A stretch of DNA of 64,000 bases from Amoebophrya sp. A120 (Eukaryota; Protista; Dinoflagellata), in assembly GCA_905178155.1 (NCBI GenBank), contig CAJINV010000005.1, positions 8,595,591-8,659,590 of the forward strand, given 5' to 3'. The position numbers and the translations under genes are program-made. Shown piece after piece: positions 24,973 through 37,582 of this stretch (position 1 is the stretch's first letter; every line of letters starts with the position of its first letter). The notes below the pieces were generated by a model. The model was not told where the DNA came from, did no database searches, and saw only the letters and a list, made by a program, of their open reading frames with translations.

Positions 24973-27900
24973 ATGTCGATACGTGCCTCTTATCCTGTGC
25001 AAAAGTTTCGTACTCGTATAAATGCATTACAAATTTCCTCAGCATGAGAAAGAAAATTTGTAATGCAGATTTGCCTTGGAAACAAGATTTGTAATGCTAA
25101 ACTGGCATTTGTACGATACTTTTGCACAGGATACCTCTGGGCCGCCGTCCTCCGCGGTCGTAAAAGCCCGGGAAATATCAACTGCAGAAGTGTCTGGGTC
25201 TGGAAAGACGGAACTTGTTATGCGCATCTCGCAACACAAACAAAAATCTCTCATGCATAGACAGCAAGAGTTGCCCATTTTTTTCACCGGAATAATAGGC
25301 GATTCGTCATGCGGGTTAGGCAATGCCGCAGCTTCTCAAAACCTGTGATGCTAGACCTTGCTTGCCAGACCTTCCGGGTCATGGAAAAACAGCATGAGAA
25401 AAATCTGCATCCTTCCAGACCCAGACACATTTGCATTTGATAGGAAATCGAGTCTGAGGACGAGATATTATCCTGTGCAAAAGTAGCGCACTCGTACTAA
25501 TTGGAGGCATGCATGACAAATTTCCTTTCCAAGGTAAAACAGCATGACAAAATCAATTTTTCGAAGACTACCACTTGTAATGCAATTTATACTAGTACGA
25601 ATATGATGCTAATGCTTTTGCAATTCATAGATACAACGAATCTACAACTGGATGGACGACATCGAGCTTTCGCGCCCGAGGAAAAACATCGCCCGAGACT
25701 TCGCCGACGGGCTTCTTGTTGCGGAAGTTGTTTCACAGTATTTCCCGCGACTAGTCGAGCTTCACAACTACAGCAGCGCCCATTCCCACGCCCTATCAAA
25801 GGTAAAAATGTCTGGGTCTGGAAGATTCCGGGATTTGTGATGCATATTTTGTATGATCCATGACGCATGCAATGCATGATCTAGCATCACAGATTTTTAG
25901 AGGGCTTCCTGATGCCTATTGCGCATAAGAAATGCCCTCTCCGTGCAACACAAACTGGATCCCTGTTGCTGGTCACGCAATGCAGATTTTTTTGGAATCC
26001 AAAGACAGCGTGACAAGTTGCAATTTTCCAGACCCAGACATTTTTGCAATCCATACGCCCAGAAGTCTTACAACTGGAATACCCTGAACAAGAAAGTTTT
26101 GCTATTACAATGAAAAATGCCCCCTCCCCATCAAAACGGAAATCTGTGATGCAATTTTGTGGTCACAAGTCAGCTTTGTGATGCTAGAAGGCAAAAGATC
26201 CGGACTGTAGTGCTGTCTAGCGTGGGAAAGCCTTGCAGCTCCAGGATGACAGGAGGCAACTGGAAGTGGGAAACAGCATGACAGATTGCCTGCAATTTAG
26301 GCCGCAACTTCGTCTCTTGGCCTTCTAGCAATACAAGCCCCCGATTTGTGTACTCAAATACAGCATCACAAATTCGCGCATCTTCCGTTTCCGATATGGG
26401 GTGGGGGGATTTTTCCTTTCGATATTTGCGAAAGCTCGGCTTTCAGTTACACCCCGGAGACATCGACGATGTGATCAAAGCCGTGCCCGGGGCGATAGAA
26501 AAGGTTTCTATATTTTTGTGTTTTTATTCTAAAATGAAGAATTTGATGTCCCTGGCAACATTTCGGACGATCGTGCCAGAAGATTTTCTTCTGCTGCCAG
26601 GATGATCGTGTAGCTCATGCTTGCTGTTGTACCGTTCAGAATGAGATCTTGATCCTATAATTCATGGTGCTGATCGACTACATGAACATGAGTGGAGGGG
26701 TACTAGAAAATGAAAACGTAAACATCATCACAAAATAAAAATGCAGGTGCTCGTCCTCTTGCAACACTACATATCAAATGCAAAAATGTCTGGGTCTGGA
26801 AACTTGTGATGCAAGTCAGGGAAAAATGCGCATAAGTATAGTAATGCACTGCAAAGCATGACAAGTTTTTCCTTGGTTCAGAGTTGCGTACTCCGCATGA
26901 GAAACTGCGTTTCTGCATGACAGGCAATAGAAGCCCTTTGCGGTCGCGCAATACAGAGCTCAGAGTCATGCCGGACTAGCATGACAAATCCCGGAATTTT
27001 CCAGACCCAGACATTTTTGCATTTGATACTACATGGCACGGTACAAAAGAAGAGCTGAGGAGGGGAAGGACCAAAGTGTCATCGAGGCGGAAGAAAATCG
27101 TGCGCCGTCGAGCTCTATCCTACGCAGAAGTATCGTACTCGTAGTGATTGCAGCCATGCATGACAAATTTATTTCTCAAGTTAGACCCGCATATACAAAT
27201 TTCATTTCTCATGCTTCGGAAACTTGTCATGCAATAGAAATAGTTTCTACTAGTACAACGATACTTTTGCACAGGATAAGCTCAAGTAGCCGGCCAGTGT
27301 CCGCGAGAAGGAGCAGCAGCACGACGACGCCAGCAGCTGCTATGGGAGTGTCAGGATTGAAATCGTCAAGGTTAAAATTATAGTTTGTCATGCATAAAAT
27401 GCAGCCCACGAAGTGCCTGTCTTGCAAAAGTAGGCAAGGGGTGCAGATTGTAAGCCTGTTGAGGGGTAGAAACTGAGCTGCTACAAACATTAGCATGACA
27501 AAAGGCGTCTTCCTTACCCAAACAGCATGACAAAATGGATTTCGGTTCTACCCAAATTTGTTATGCGCCACTTGGAAACTGGGTCAGTCACAACTTTCAT
27601 CCATTTTATGCATCACAAGTTATTTCAACTTTGTCGATTTCAATCCTGACACATCCATAGCAGCTGTAGGAGTGCCCAGCACGACCACGAGTGGAGGGGT
27701 CATGAAGTCCGATGTCGCAGCTCCAGGTGGATCCGCAGCTGCGATATGGCAGCGTCAGGATTGAAATCGTCAAAATTGAAATTAGTTTGTCATGCATAAA
27801 ATGCAATGCAGAAAGTGCTTGCCTTGTAGAGTAGGCAAGGGAGGCAGATTGTAAGCCTGTTCCGAGGCGGTAGAAATAGAGCTGCTATTAAAGTAGCATG

Positions 27901-28478
27901 ACTACATCAAAAGGCGCCTTCCTTATCCAAACAGCATGACTACAAACTGGATTTCAGCTCTACTCAAATTTCTCATGCGCCGCTTAGAAATTGGGCTTAC
28001 AACTGGTATCGATTTTATGCATTACAAGTTATTTCAACTTTGTCGATTTCAACTCTGACACATCCATATGCGATGGGGCGAAATAAGGGGTCGATGAATA
28101 AGCTCCATCCGCAGGAGCAGCAGCAAATGGTGAATCAGCAGAACGAAGAATCTATCCTGTGCAAAAGTATCGTACTCGTATAAATGCAAATCTTGCATTA
28201 CAAATTTTTTTCTTAAGGTAAATCCGCATGACAAATTTTATTTCTCATGCTGAGGAAATTTGTAATGCATTTATACGAGTGCGATACTTTTGCAGTTCAT
28301 AGAATCCGCCCTGACAATACAGGAACTGCGGGAGACCATACTCCTCATGAGCGAGAAAATCAAAAAGCTGGAGCAACTGGCTCGGATAAAGGACGCCAAG
28401 ATCGACAATTTGCAGCAGAAATTGTCGCAGACTGCGGGGGGAGGCGGGGTGGGTGGGTCGTCGCTTCTTGCCAGATGA
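24973..28478 (+). CDS. SPEF1: Sperm flagellar protein 1 / CLAMP homolog (CH domain + C-terminal coiled coil); 10 introner introns and 1 GT-AG intron
   Basis: Spliced reading: EDEIQRIYNWMDDIELSRPRKNIARDFADGLLVAEVVSQYFPRLVELHNYSSAHSHAQKSYNWNTLNKKVLRKLGFQLHPGDIDDVIKAVPGAIEKVL..TIQELRETILLMSEKIKKLEQLARIKDAKIDNL. Introns 24991-25133, 25176-25442, 25469-25629, 25794-26055, 26103-26423, 26504-26746 (GT-AG), 26772-27028, 27116-27278, 27341-27659, 27745-28068 and 28153-28301. Confidence 0.93.
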
Positions 28479-29832
28479 GATCTTACAACTTTTACATCAA
28501 AAACGGTAAGAACAGGAGGGCCTGTAGATGAAAAATTCGACTCTTCATATTTATCCCGACCTAGTAGAACTGCTAGTTGTACCGCGTCACTCTCATTTCC
28601 ACATGATGTCTTTTTTTTTCAAGATAGAAGCAAAGGCAAAGCTCCTTCTGCACCTGCAGGATGACCTACAACTTCCATATTATTGACCACCTTTGTTATT
28701 GAACAGTAGCAGAGCAGAAACAAAGACGAAACCATTTCAGCAGAGCAGAAAGACTAAGGCCAGCACTCTGACTGTGCGAGGCAGAATTATTAATAGAGCC
28801 TCGTACAACCCCCTCTACGTGCCGCACGGTGGAGGTCGACGCCGCACAGAAATTATGATTTATTATACAAGCAGAAACAGAACAGACGCCGACGTGGACG
28901 TCGTCGTACAAATAGGTTTTTTTGAATACAAGCGCTGTGGTAGTAATTAAAATTATCTGGTGGTAACCCAAAGAAGCCAAAACCTAATCCTAAAGTACAC
29001 TTGACCTCCACAACTGGGATCATTGTTGGCGGGGCCACGCCGCCTCAATTGGTACTACTAAGTGAAAAAACACACTGTAGTACTTTTTACGCAAAGTACA
29101 TCATGTCGATGTGCAGCTACGACGTCGCACTAGGAGATCAAATTGGTAGTGGCTGGACCTGGAGCCGCACTTGAAATAAAAATGTGTACTCACTGCTGTA
29201 AGGAGTCGGTTGAAAATTAAAGGTCATGCGCAGGCGCAGTTCAGGCGCAGGAACAACCAGGATCAAAATTAATCACAAATGCTGTCAGTGTTGAAACGAT
29301 CATCACACTATACACGACCCGCGTCGGTTTGAAAAATTGCGTTTGTGCTGTCACCCGCCGTCTTGTCGGGTTGATGAGTTTTTACGGTACAATCGAAGAG
29401 CGTGAAAATGAAAATAAATCCAACCCCGAGAGGTCCGATCCGTCCAATCAAAAAGATCAATGGAGGACTGTGCAAAGTCGGAAAGATCAATGGCACTGGA
29501 AAGATCATGGCACTGGAAAAGTGGAAAGATCAATGGACCACGAGGACGCTCAGATAGATCAGTCAGAAGCTTTGTCGTGACACGACCCTTTCCAGCCAAG
29601 CACAGGTACTATTTTGAAAACATCTAGTAGTCATCTACTACAGACGAATTTACACATAACTTTACGCTCCTCTTCACTAGCACAAAACGTATCGCCATCG
29701 GCCTGCTCCTGTAGTAGTACAACTCACCGTAATAAAAGCTGTTTGTAGTACGACGTAAGTTTTCAGAAAATCATACTTGCACCTTTATTTTTGCTCGTTC
29801 CATTTGAAAGGAAAAAGCATCAAATATCGTAA

Positions 29833-31007
29833 GAAAAAGTGTTGACGTTACGGTTTTCAGTTTTCTGGAAAAAGAAATTTTTGTGGGTACTGAGCACCAC
29901 CATTTTAATTTTTTTTTTTCTCGCCGCCGCGCAGCCTCCCTATTTGCCCTTGCGGGGCTCTGAAGTGGTAAAACTCTGGGCGAAGAAGCTAGTGCACAAG
30001 ATGCGAAAACTATGGGGCCCGGCCACAAGATTGCGCCCCTTCAAACTCTGAGATGGCTGCCCAATCCCTGTTCGGGCTCAAGGGCCATGATGGCTCTAGG
30101 CCGGCGGGCCAGGTCCGCGGCACTGCTGACAAGACCCGCCCGCCAAAGCGTCGCAACGATCGGCGCCGGGGATGGGCCTGCTTGGATGGCGGAATATGGA
30201 TCATACCGTGCTGTCTGGATATGATGTTGACGGTTTTTCCGAGTATGGGAAAAATCCGAGGAAAAAATCCACAATTTGACGCCATTTCGAGGCGAAAAAT
30301 TGCAAATCCCGAAAGAACCGTCAACACCTTATCTAGACAGCATGGTATGATCCATTTCCCTTCACTCGAACAGGTGCAAGCACGGGAGCACACTTTTTGG
30401 GCAGACAAATCGAGCATAGCGTGCTGTCTAAAAGGGGTGTTGACGGTTTTTGGGGTCATTTTCATACAGAGCAGCAGGCTTTCGGCAGGGTGAATCGATC
30501 ATACCGTCGTGCCTAGCGAAGGTGTTGACGGTTTTTCGGGTGCCGGCAAATTTTGGGCATTTTGGTACCCAAAATTTGCCCATTTCCCTCATCCTCGAAA
30601 GTGCCACCTTTTCTTCAATCATGGAGAAAATTTGACAAGAGGTCCCAAAAGGTCCGTGATAGAAACTTGCAAAGCCGCACAGAGCTGAACTGGCGGAAAC
30701 GCCATCCAGATGCCAGCTCGTAGGCCCACATGTCCGAGGTTTAGCCACGGCTCGCGGTTTGGGCGTTCTGGCCCGGATCTGAGAGCCGGCGGCGAGGAGA
30801 AGGCACGGCAGGAGGTGGTCCCGGTCGGCGAAGTCCTACGCCGTTATACTTTGTGCACTAGCTAGGTCAAACCAAGTGAACGACTTCGCAGTCCCGCGAG
30901 GGCTAATAAGGGGAACGGGCCGCCTTACAAATCAAAAACATGCCTCCGATACACGCCCAAAAAAAATTTTTTACAACAAACTGAAAACCGTAACGTCAAC
31001 ACTTTTC
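29833..31007. mobile_element. Non-autonomous long-TIR DNA element (Mutator-like architecture)
   Basis: About 29-bp near-perfect TIR aaaagtgttgacgttacggttttcagttt, extending imperfectly for about 170 bp (agctagtgcacaa / ttgtgcactagct). Four internal ~40-bp repeats containing tgttgacggttt, one inverted. No transposase seen. Confidence 0.8.
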
Positions 31008-31327
31008 ACCTTTATTTTTGCTCGTTCCATTTGAAAGGAAAAAGCATCAAAATGTTGCGCAGCTCCATGGTCCTCTTCTCCACCTCCCGCGGAGGTGCAG
31101 TGTTTATTTCTCTACTTTGCGCTGTTTTAATATTCGCCGGGCAACATTACAACAAATCCGTCCACGCTGTCACGTTGCGTCCGTCCTCTGCCCCCTCGTC
31201 GTCGGGTTCAGAAGATCCTGACCTTCCGCTCGAGTACGAGTTCGTCGAAGACGATGATCAGCTCCAGGCGCTCCGGCGCCAATTCCCCGGCTACGTGTTC
31301 GTGGAACAGGATGTGGACGAGGGCATC

Positions 31328-34300
31328 TATATATTGTCAGAAATGGCCATCTTTTGGTAATCACGCAACACAGATTTTTGCATGATCCAGACTAAGCATG
31401 ACAAGTTGCATTCCTCCAGACCCAGACACTTTTACATTTCATAGAGGTCCTACAACACCAAGCACAGCCGCGTCAGCTGTGTATCAAAAGGAAAAATCCC
31501 CCCACCCCATATCGAAATGGAAATCTGTGATGCGGGATTTGTGTACACAAATCGGCTTTGTATTGCAGGAAGGCATCGCGGCCAGATCCCCTGGCTATGT
31601 AGGGGCGTATCGGTCTAGTTGTTCGGCATGGCAAACGGCTCCCCTTTAGGCCCAACAGCATGACAAATCGCCTCCATAATGGGGGCGAAGCTTTTGCCCT
31701 TGTCTTCTTGCAAGACAGATGTGATTTTTTGTGACCTCAAATCAGCAACACAAATTTGCGGAACATGCCTTTTCGATATGGGGAGGGGGGATTTTTCCTC
31801 ACCATACTGCGTAGTAGTATTTTTGCGAACTCCATTACCTTCTCTGTGGCTGTCATCGCACTGCTCTACGGAAGTGTCAGGATCTTCGAAATCGACAAAG
31901 TTCGAGTTGAAATTTTAATCTGTGACGCATAAGATGCCACGCAGAGAAGTAAGTAGAAGTGCGACCCTATGTATTGCAGACAGTACATGTACGAGGGGGG
32001 CAACCGCTTCGAGTCCCGCTGAGGGGCAGGAGTTGGACAGCTGACTAGCATGACAGAATGGAGCTCCTTTGCCTTAAACAGCATGACAGATTTGCTTCCG
32101 GGGCGGGGAAAGTTTATATGTCTTGCGCCGACCACCACTATGTATAAAGTGAAAACGAGAAAAATTGGTGCTGTCGATTTTACGCATGACAAATCAACTT
32201 TGTCGATTTCGGTCCTGGCGCTTCTATAATATGCTCCTGCTCTCAGATTGTTCCACGACGACTAATCCCACGGCTACCCTTGCGTGGGCCCTGACCCACA
32301 AAATAACTTCTAGTCCGCGGGCTGGATCACCACTTGTCGCCGACGGGCCAAATGCTGGTCGCCGCGCCGCCCGGATACCGGGCACCTTATGCAATACAAA
32401 TTTCCCGTACATGTACAACATGCATCACAAATTTCAAAAATTTGGAGCGATCACAAAGTTCAAAAATTTGGGTCGATACAACTTTTGCCTCTCCTCGTCA
32501 TAGCCTACTCCTGACCACGATCGGGCTGGAAATGGGGCCAGCAAGCGAGCAGGCCCCCACAGAGACGACCTTTGCCGACCGCTGGACCGTGTATACAATC
32601 GCGCCGCGACCGGAGAAGAAGGAAGGAGTGTCTTCAACCACGAGGCCCGGAGTCGTGAATGCGCCCAGCAGAAACGATCTCGCACCGCCACTACAGTCCA
32701 GCGGACAGGAGGATCCCGCTATCGGTGTAGCAACCGCAGCGAGAGTGGCGCAAGCGGTGGGCCGCGACGATGCTGGACCGGCGGCATCGGCTGCGGAGGT
32801 TTTCGCGACCCCCTCCTCATCGTCACAAATGCCAACGTTGCCTTCGCACCACGGACCGATGGGGTAGAGAGCGTCGTGATGGAACCGAGAAAGACGAAAA
32901 TCATGACTTTTTTGAGAATAAGGGCTTGAAAATCAAAATATTACGTTTTGCGACTGAACCTTCCGGTATTGGTATCGGTTACGTTGAGCACATTTTTGAA
33001 CCAGAACCATAATTGCTCATCTGGCAGTGCTACTGCTGCTTGTCTTCCTTCATGCTCAAAAGCAACTTTCATAATTCTGCGAAAATTGCAGCCCTGCGTC
33101 TTGTGCTACCAGTTTTGGTCACCACCTCTTTTGCGGTTTGCAAACAAATGCGAAATAGAGAATAAAGATCGACATCGAATGAATGGAAGTAGTTTTTGTT
33201 TGGAATAGTTTCAACCAAATATTTCGATTACCAACTCCTGTTTGCCCACACGAGAAGAGAAATTCTATCCGACGAAAATGACATGAACGAAGGAGAATTC
33301 ATGCCTGGTAAGAGAAAATCCAAAACGAATAGTGCCAACTATCACGATTGCATCGAAGAAAAGGACACAAAATGGAACGCGTATCCCCGTAAAGCCCCCA
33401 ACTGATTTGGAAGCATGCTGCTTTTTTGTTTTTCGTTTTCTGTTGCGGGAAACGCATGACAAATTCGCAGATCGCTTTTTGTTGCGCATGACAAGTTCGA
33501 AGCTTGCCGTCTGTTGCGGGGGATGCATAGCCACAGGCGCAAGTCTGAATCTCATACATAAACAAGAGGAATCTTTACGGGGATACGCCTGGAGGCAACG
33601 CATCTTCTGCAAGTCCGCAAATTCGGCACTGAAGAGCATGATTTGGTTGCCACGGTCCATCCCGCGGATGCGCTCCATTTTCGAGTTCACCGGGAAGTGG
33701 CACGTGCGCCGGCACGTTTCGCTGTGTGTGTTTCAGTTTCTTGCTTTGGATCGTTGGGTCTCACATCAGTTGCACTCGCACAGAGCGACGACAGGAATTT
33801 AGTTCCCTGCGGCGCCAACCAGATAAACGGGCGGAGCAAGAAGGGGCAAAATAAATATTAGGACTTGGGGGCTCAGTCAATGTGCAACCATGGGCCGAGT
33901 GTTCAGGTACATGTTGCAAAAACATTTATCAATTTTGCAAGTCTGCTACTGTTGCTACTAGTCACGACATAAGACTGACAGTCTGCGAAGCTGTGCAACG
34001 ACAACGCGTCGAGTGCGGAACTGCTGCTGCTGCTGTCTTCGACCCATGGTTGCGAGACGATACCTTTTTAGTTTCCTCGACCTTGTTGAGCTTCCGGCTG
34101 ATCTGGTCGCAGTACTGGTTGATCGCGGAGGTGATTCTCTATCAAATGAAAAAAGAAAAACCACTGCAGCCATTAATCACTCACAACACAGCTTGGCTTC
34201 GGTTCCTATTGTTCTCAATTTACTATTGCCATAAAGTGGGAAACAAAACCTAAGAGGAACCGAAACAAAATTGAGCTGCGGATGATGACGGACAGGGGTT

Positions 34301-34643
34301 ATTTCTCATTGGCATATGATTTTCAGATGGCTCAATCCCAAGGCCTCGACTTCGGGGACTGCGTCGTCCGGTTTGCCGCCATTCAGGCGGACACGCTCCC
34401 CGATGTTGTGGACCTGCTTGTCGTTGTAGGCATCCGGCTTGAAATTCAACTTCTTCAGCAGCTGCACCTTGAAGGCGTCGACCGTCATGACGATCAGCTG
34501 TGGGTTTTGTGCACCGGAGCCGCCGTTGTCGAAGTAGACCATCAGATGAAAAATTCACATCGCCATCAGTTTCAATTTGAATTTGTCATGCGCGACAACT
34601 GCTGCAAAAGCTCCCGTCAACAATTCGCAATAGAAGCTGAGGA
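31328..34643. other. Composite captured-DNA insertion flanked by a 42-bp direct repeat
   Basis: 31286-31327 = 34644-34685. Contains copies of 53126-54238 and 62376-63248 plus about 1.3 kb not found elsewhere in the window. Confidence 0.88.
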
Positions 34644-37582
34644 CCCGGCTACGTGTTCGTGGAACAGGATGTGGACGAGGGCATCCTTATAGACAAAACC
34701 GAACCTACAAAGGAGTCTACCCTAGCGCAGGAGAAGCTGGAACAACTCCGTGACGACATTGCCAAAGCATCGCGACCGATTCCATTGACGCTAGAACAAC
34801 TCCGTCAACGCATTCCCGAAGAATCGGAGACGCTGAGAAAACTTATCCTGAGGAAAAAAGTCCCCGACACGACCCCAGAGCTTATTTCGTGCGGATTTGC
34901 ATCTACAGGAGTTACCAATGTGTAAATCTCCATTTCGCGTCTACTTCACGAGCAGAGGCGTGTCTACAGTTGTGGTCTTTCCGCAGTGGAAATCAGTTTC
35001 GATGCTGTAAAAGAAATTACAACTTATTTATTAGGAGATGGCTTTCTGATCCGCGGCTGCGGCTCTCCTTTAGGTCCTCGATAAAGAATTTGCACGACAA
35101 CACTTTTCGAGAACGTTGCTCGACTCCGTCCAAACAACTTCTGGATTTGTGTTGCAGAGTTTCCGCTTGGACTATGGGCACTAGTTGGGGACGTTTTCCC
35201 GCAGGATAGCTCTACGTGAGAAGTTATGAAAAGGACACCATGCGGATGTGGTCTGTTGGTGACGAGCAGCTATTATTTGTTTTTGTGCTCAAGAACAGTA
35301 GATATTATCGTCGAACCTAGAGGAGGTGGAGCGCCAGGTGCTGACTTGTCATGTCAGACTCAGAAGGGTTCTCTTCTTTTTGATAAATATGTATGACTCT
35401 CTTGCCGACTCCGACAAGAATTGTTTTATATATTTTCCGCGTTAACTGCAATTGTGTCTGGATCTGGAAGGATCCAAGCTTATGCTTCTAAGTTTGAATC
35501 GTACAAAAAGAAAAACCTGGAATGCATGAAGTTGAAGCGCAGAAGTTGATACCCGCTTCGTTTTAATTTGTTGCGCGCATTTGAATTTATTGCGCGTGGA
35601 CACTGCACAAGCTTAATCGAAACTGCTGAGAGGCCCAGGCCGATGCGCGCCGCAGTATTGAGTACTGGCGACGTCAGAAGTACTTTAAATGCTCTCAGAA
35701 AACTTTAAGGAGCAGTAGCCCGAACTTCTGGGGCTGCAAAATTATACCTTTGCAGCTGCAAAGGTATAATATAACTTTGCAGGGGCCACAAGAGTTACTG
35801 CGCAGGATCACGCTTAGAAGCCGCACAAATCGCCACATCCTACTTGAGTGCTTCGCCTCCATAAAACTATGCTCACGCACTGGAGAGGGTTTTAGAGACT
35901 GAACGGAAACCGATTGGACAGGAAGAATCGTGCGCCGTGCGCTCCTGCCGCCCACAAGGTACCTAATTTATTCTCAATCTATGTAACGAATTCCAGACAT
36001 CACATTCTAGGCGTCACAAGTAGGACTAGGTCGCGCAGCATCAGCGCGGACCTCGTGAGGGCCGGAATGGGTTAACCACCTCTGTGGCCCCATTTTTGTA
36101 CACAGAATTCCGACAACCGTCGGAATTTGCCCGTGACCGATGCCCAAGCGGACGGTCAGCGAGAGCAGGTGGGGAGGGGCCTAACCTCCCGCGACTGCCA
36201 CGCGCGCGCGCGTTAAGGTCACGTACCGATATGGCGAAGCTGATGACGCTGGTCGCTAATGCAGGTGCGTCCTGGGCGACTGGAGCGCGGGTCGTACGAC
36301 CCGAATTTGGACGAAAGTCCACCGAGGTGGACCATCCCGTGTGCCGACCCATACCGGTAGGCACCGTCTGTGCCACTGGTTCAGCCGGAACCCCTGCTGG
36401 TTGATGCACCTCTGTGCGCACTCTGGCAGGCTAGTAAGGATCTAGGATGTGAGGCTGTGAACGGGGTGCGCTTTGCATGCTTTGATCTGCTTATGCCAAG
36501 GAGCAACTCCGTCCATTACACACTTAGAAGAACCGCGTGCATTTATGAGGATGATTAATTTGACACCACACCGGCCGAGCATAGTTGCAGCCACCTCTGT
36601 GGCGCGTTGACTAGCTAGGAACTGCGCGGCCTAGGTGCATACGACAGCGGGGTCCGATCTATGTCCTCGGTGGTGCGGCGCAATGCGACGAGACAGGACA
36701 GCCGGAGGGCCACCCTGTAGACGCGACAAAGCCGGCGGGATACGCGTGGCGGATGAGGAGCCACAGGGCGGCGATTTCGGATGGGGGTTTGGGCCACGCG
36801 ATCTCGGACTTGTTGCAGCCTCTGTTGCACCCGGCGCGGCGACCTCTCGTCGCAGCGCTGGAGCACGGTTCGACCCACGTCTGTGGGCGGACAAGTGCGA
36901 CGCCCGCAGCCACCTCTGTGGCGCGGACGTCGCGGCGCGGTCCCTGCTGCGCGCCTCGCTGCTGTATCTAGTAGTACACAAGACGCTGCGAAGCAGCGCA
37001 GACACGCCTTTACTGATACAGAGCCGGAGTTCAGCACTACTGTGAAGGGTGTGACCTTTTGACGAGAACATACAAAGTAAAGCTGGCAGCCGTCGAGGGG
37101 CGCCAGCGTTCTGGGGATTTGGGAAGAAGTTTGTGTTCGCGCCAAGATATAGCGAATTCTACCCAAATTACGTCATGGATCAGGTACCACCAGGGCGGAC
37201 TTGGATAAACTTTGGAAGGAGATTCAAAACCAGCAAAAATTCGTCGAAGAACTGCTCAAGGAGCAGAAGGTGGCGGAACAGCTGAGGCGGCAAAAAGAAT
37301 ACAATTCGAACGTGTTGAGGCAGCGGCAAGAAGATTTCGCAGTGCAAAAGCATCGTATATTAGATTCGAGATTCGTACTAGACCACTACAACATTGGTCA
37401 CGCAGTATATTTTTTTAGACAAAAAATTGGAATTTGTCATGCTGAGGACGTTGTGCTATTTTTATTTCGCAAAAAAACAGCAGATGATCTTCATCAACAT
37501 GATATGCTGTATCTGTCATGCTACACTTACTGCGATTTTTGGTGCGACGACTCTTACTTGTGCGGTACTTTTGTACAGGATG

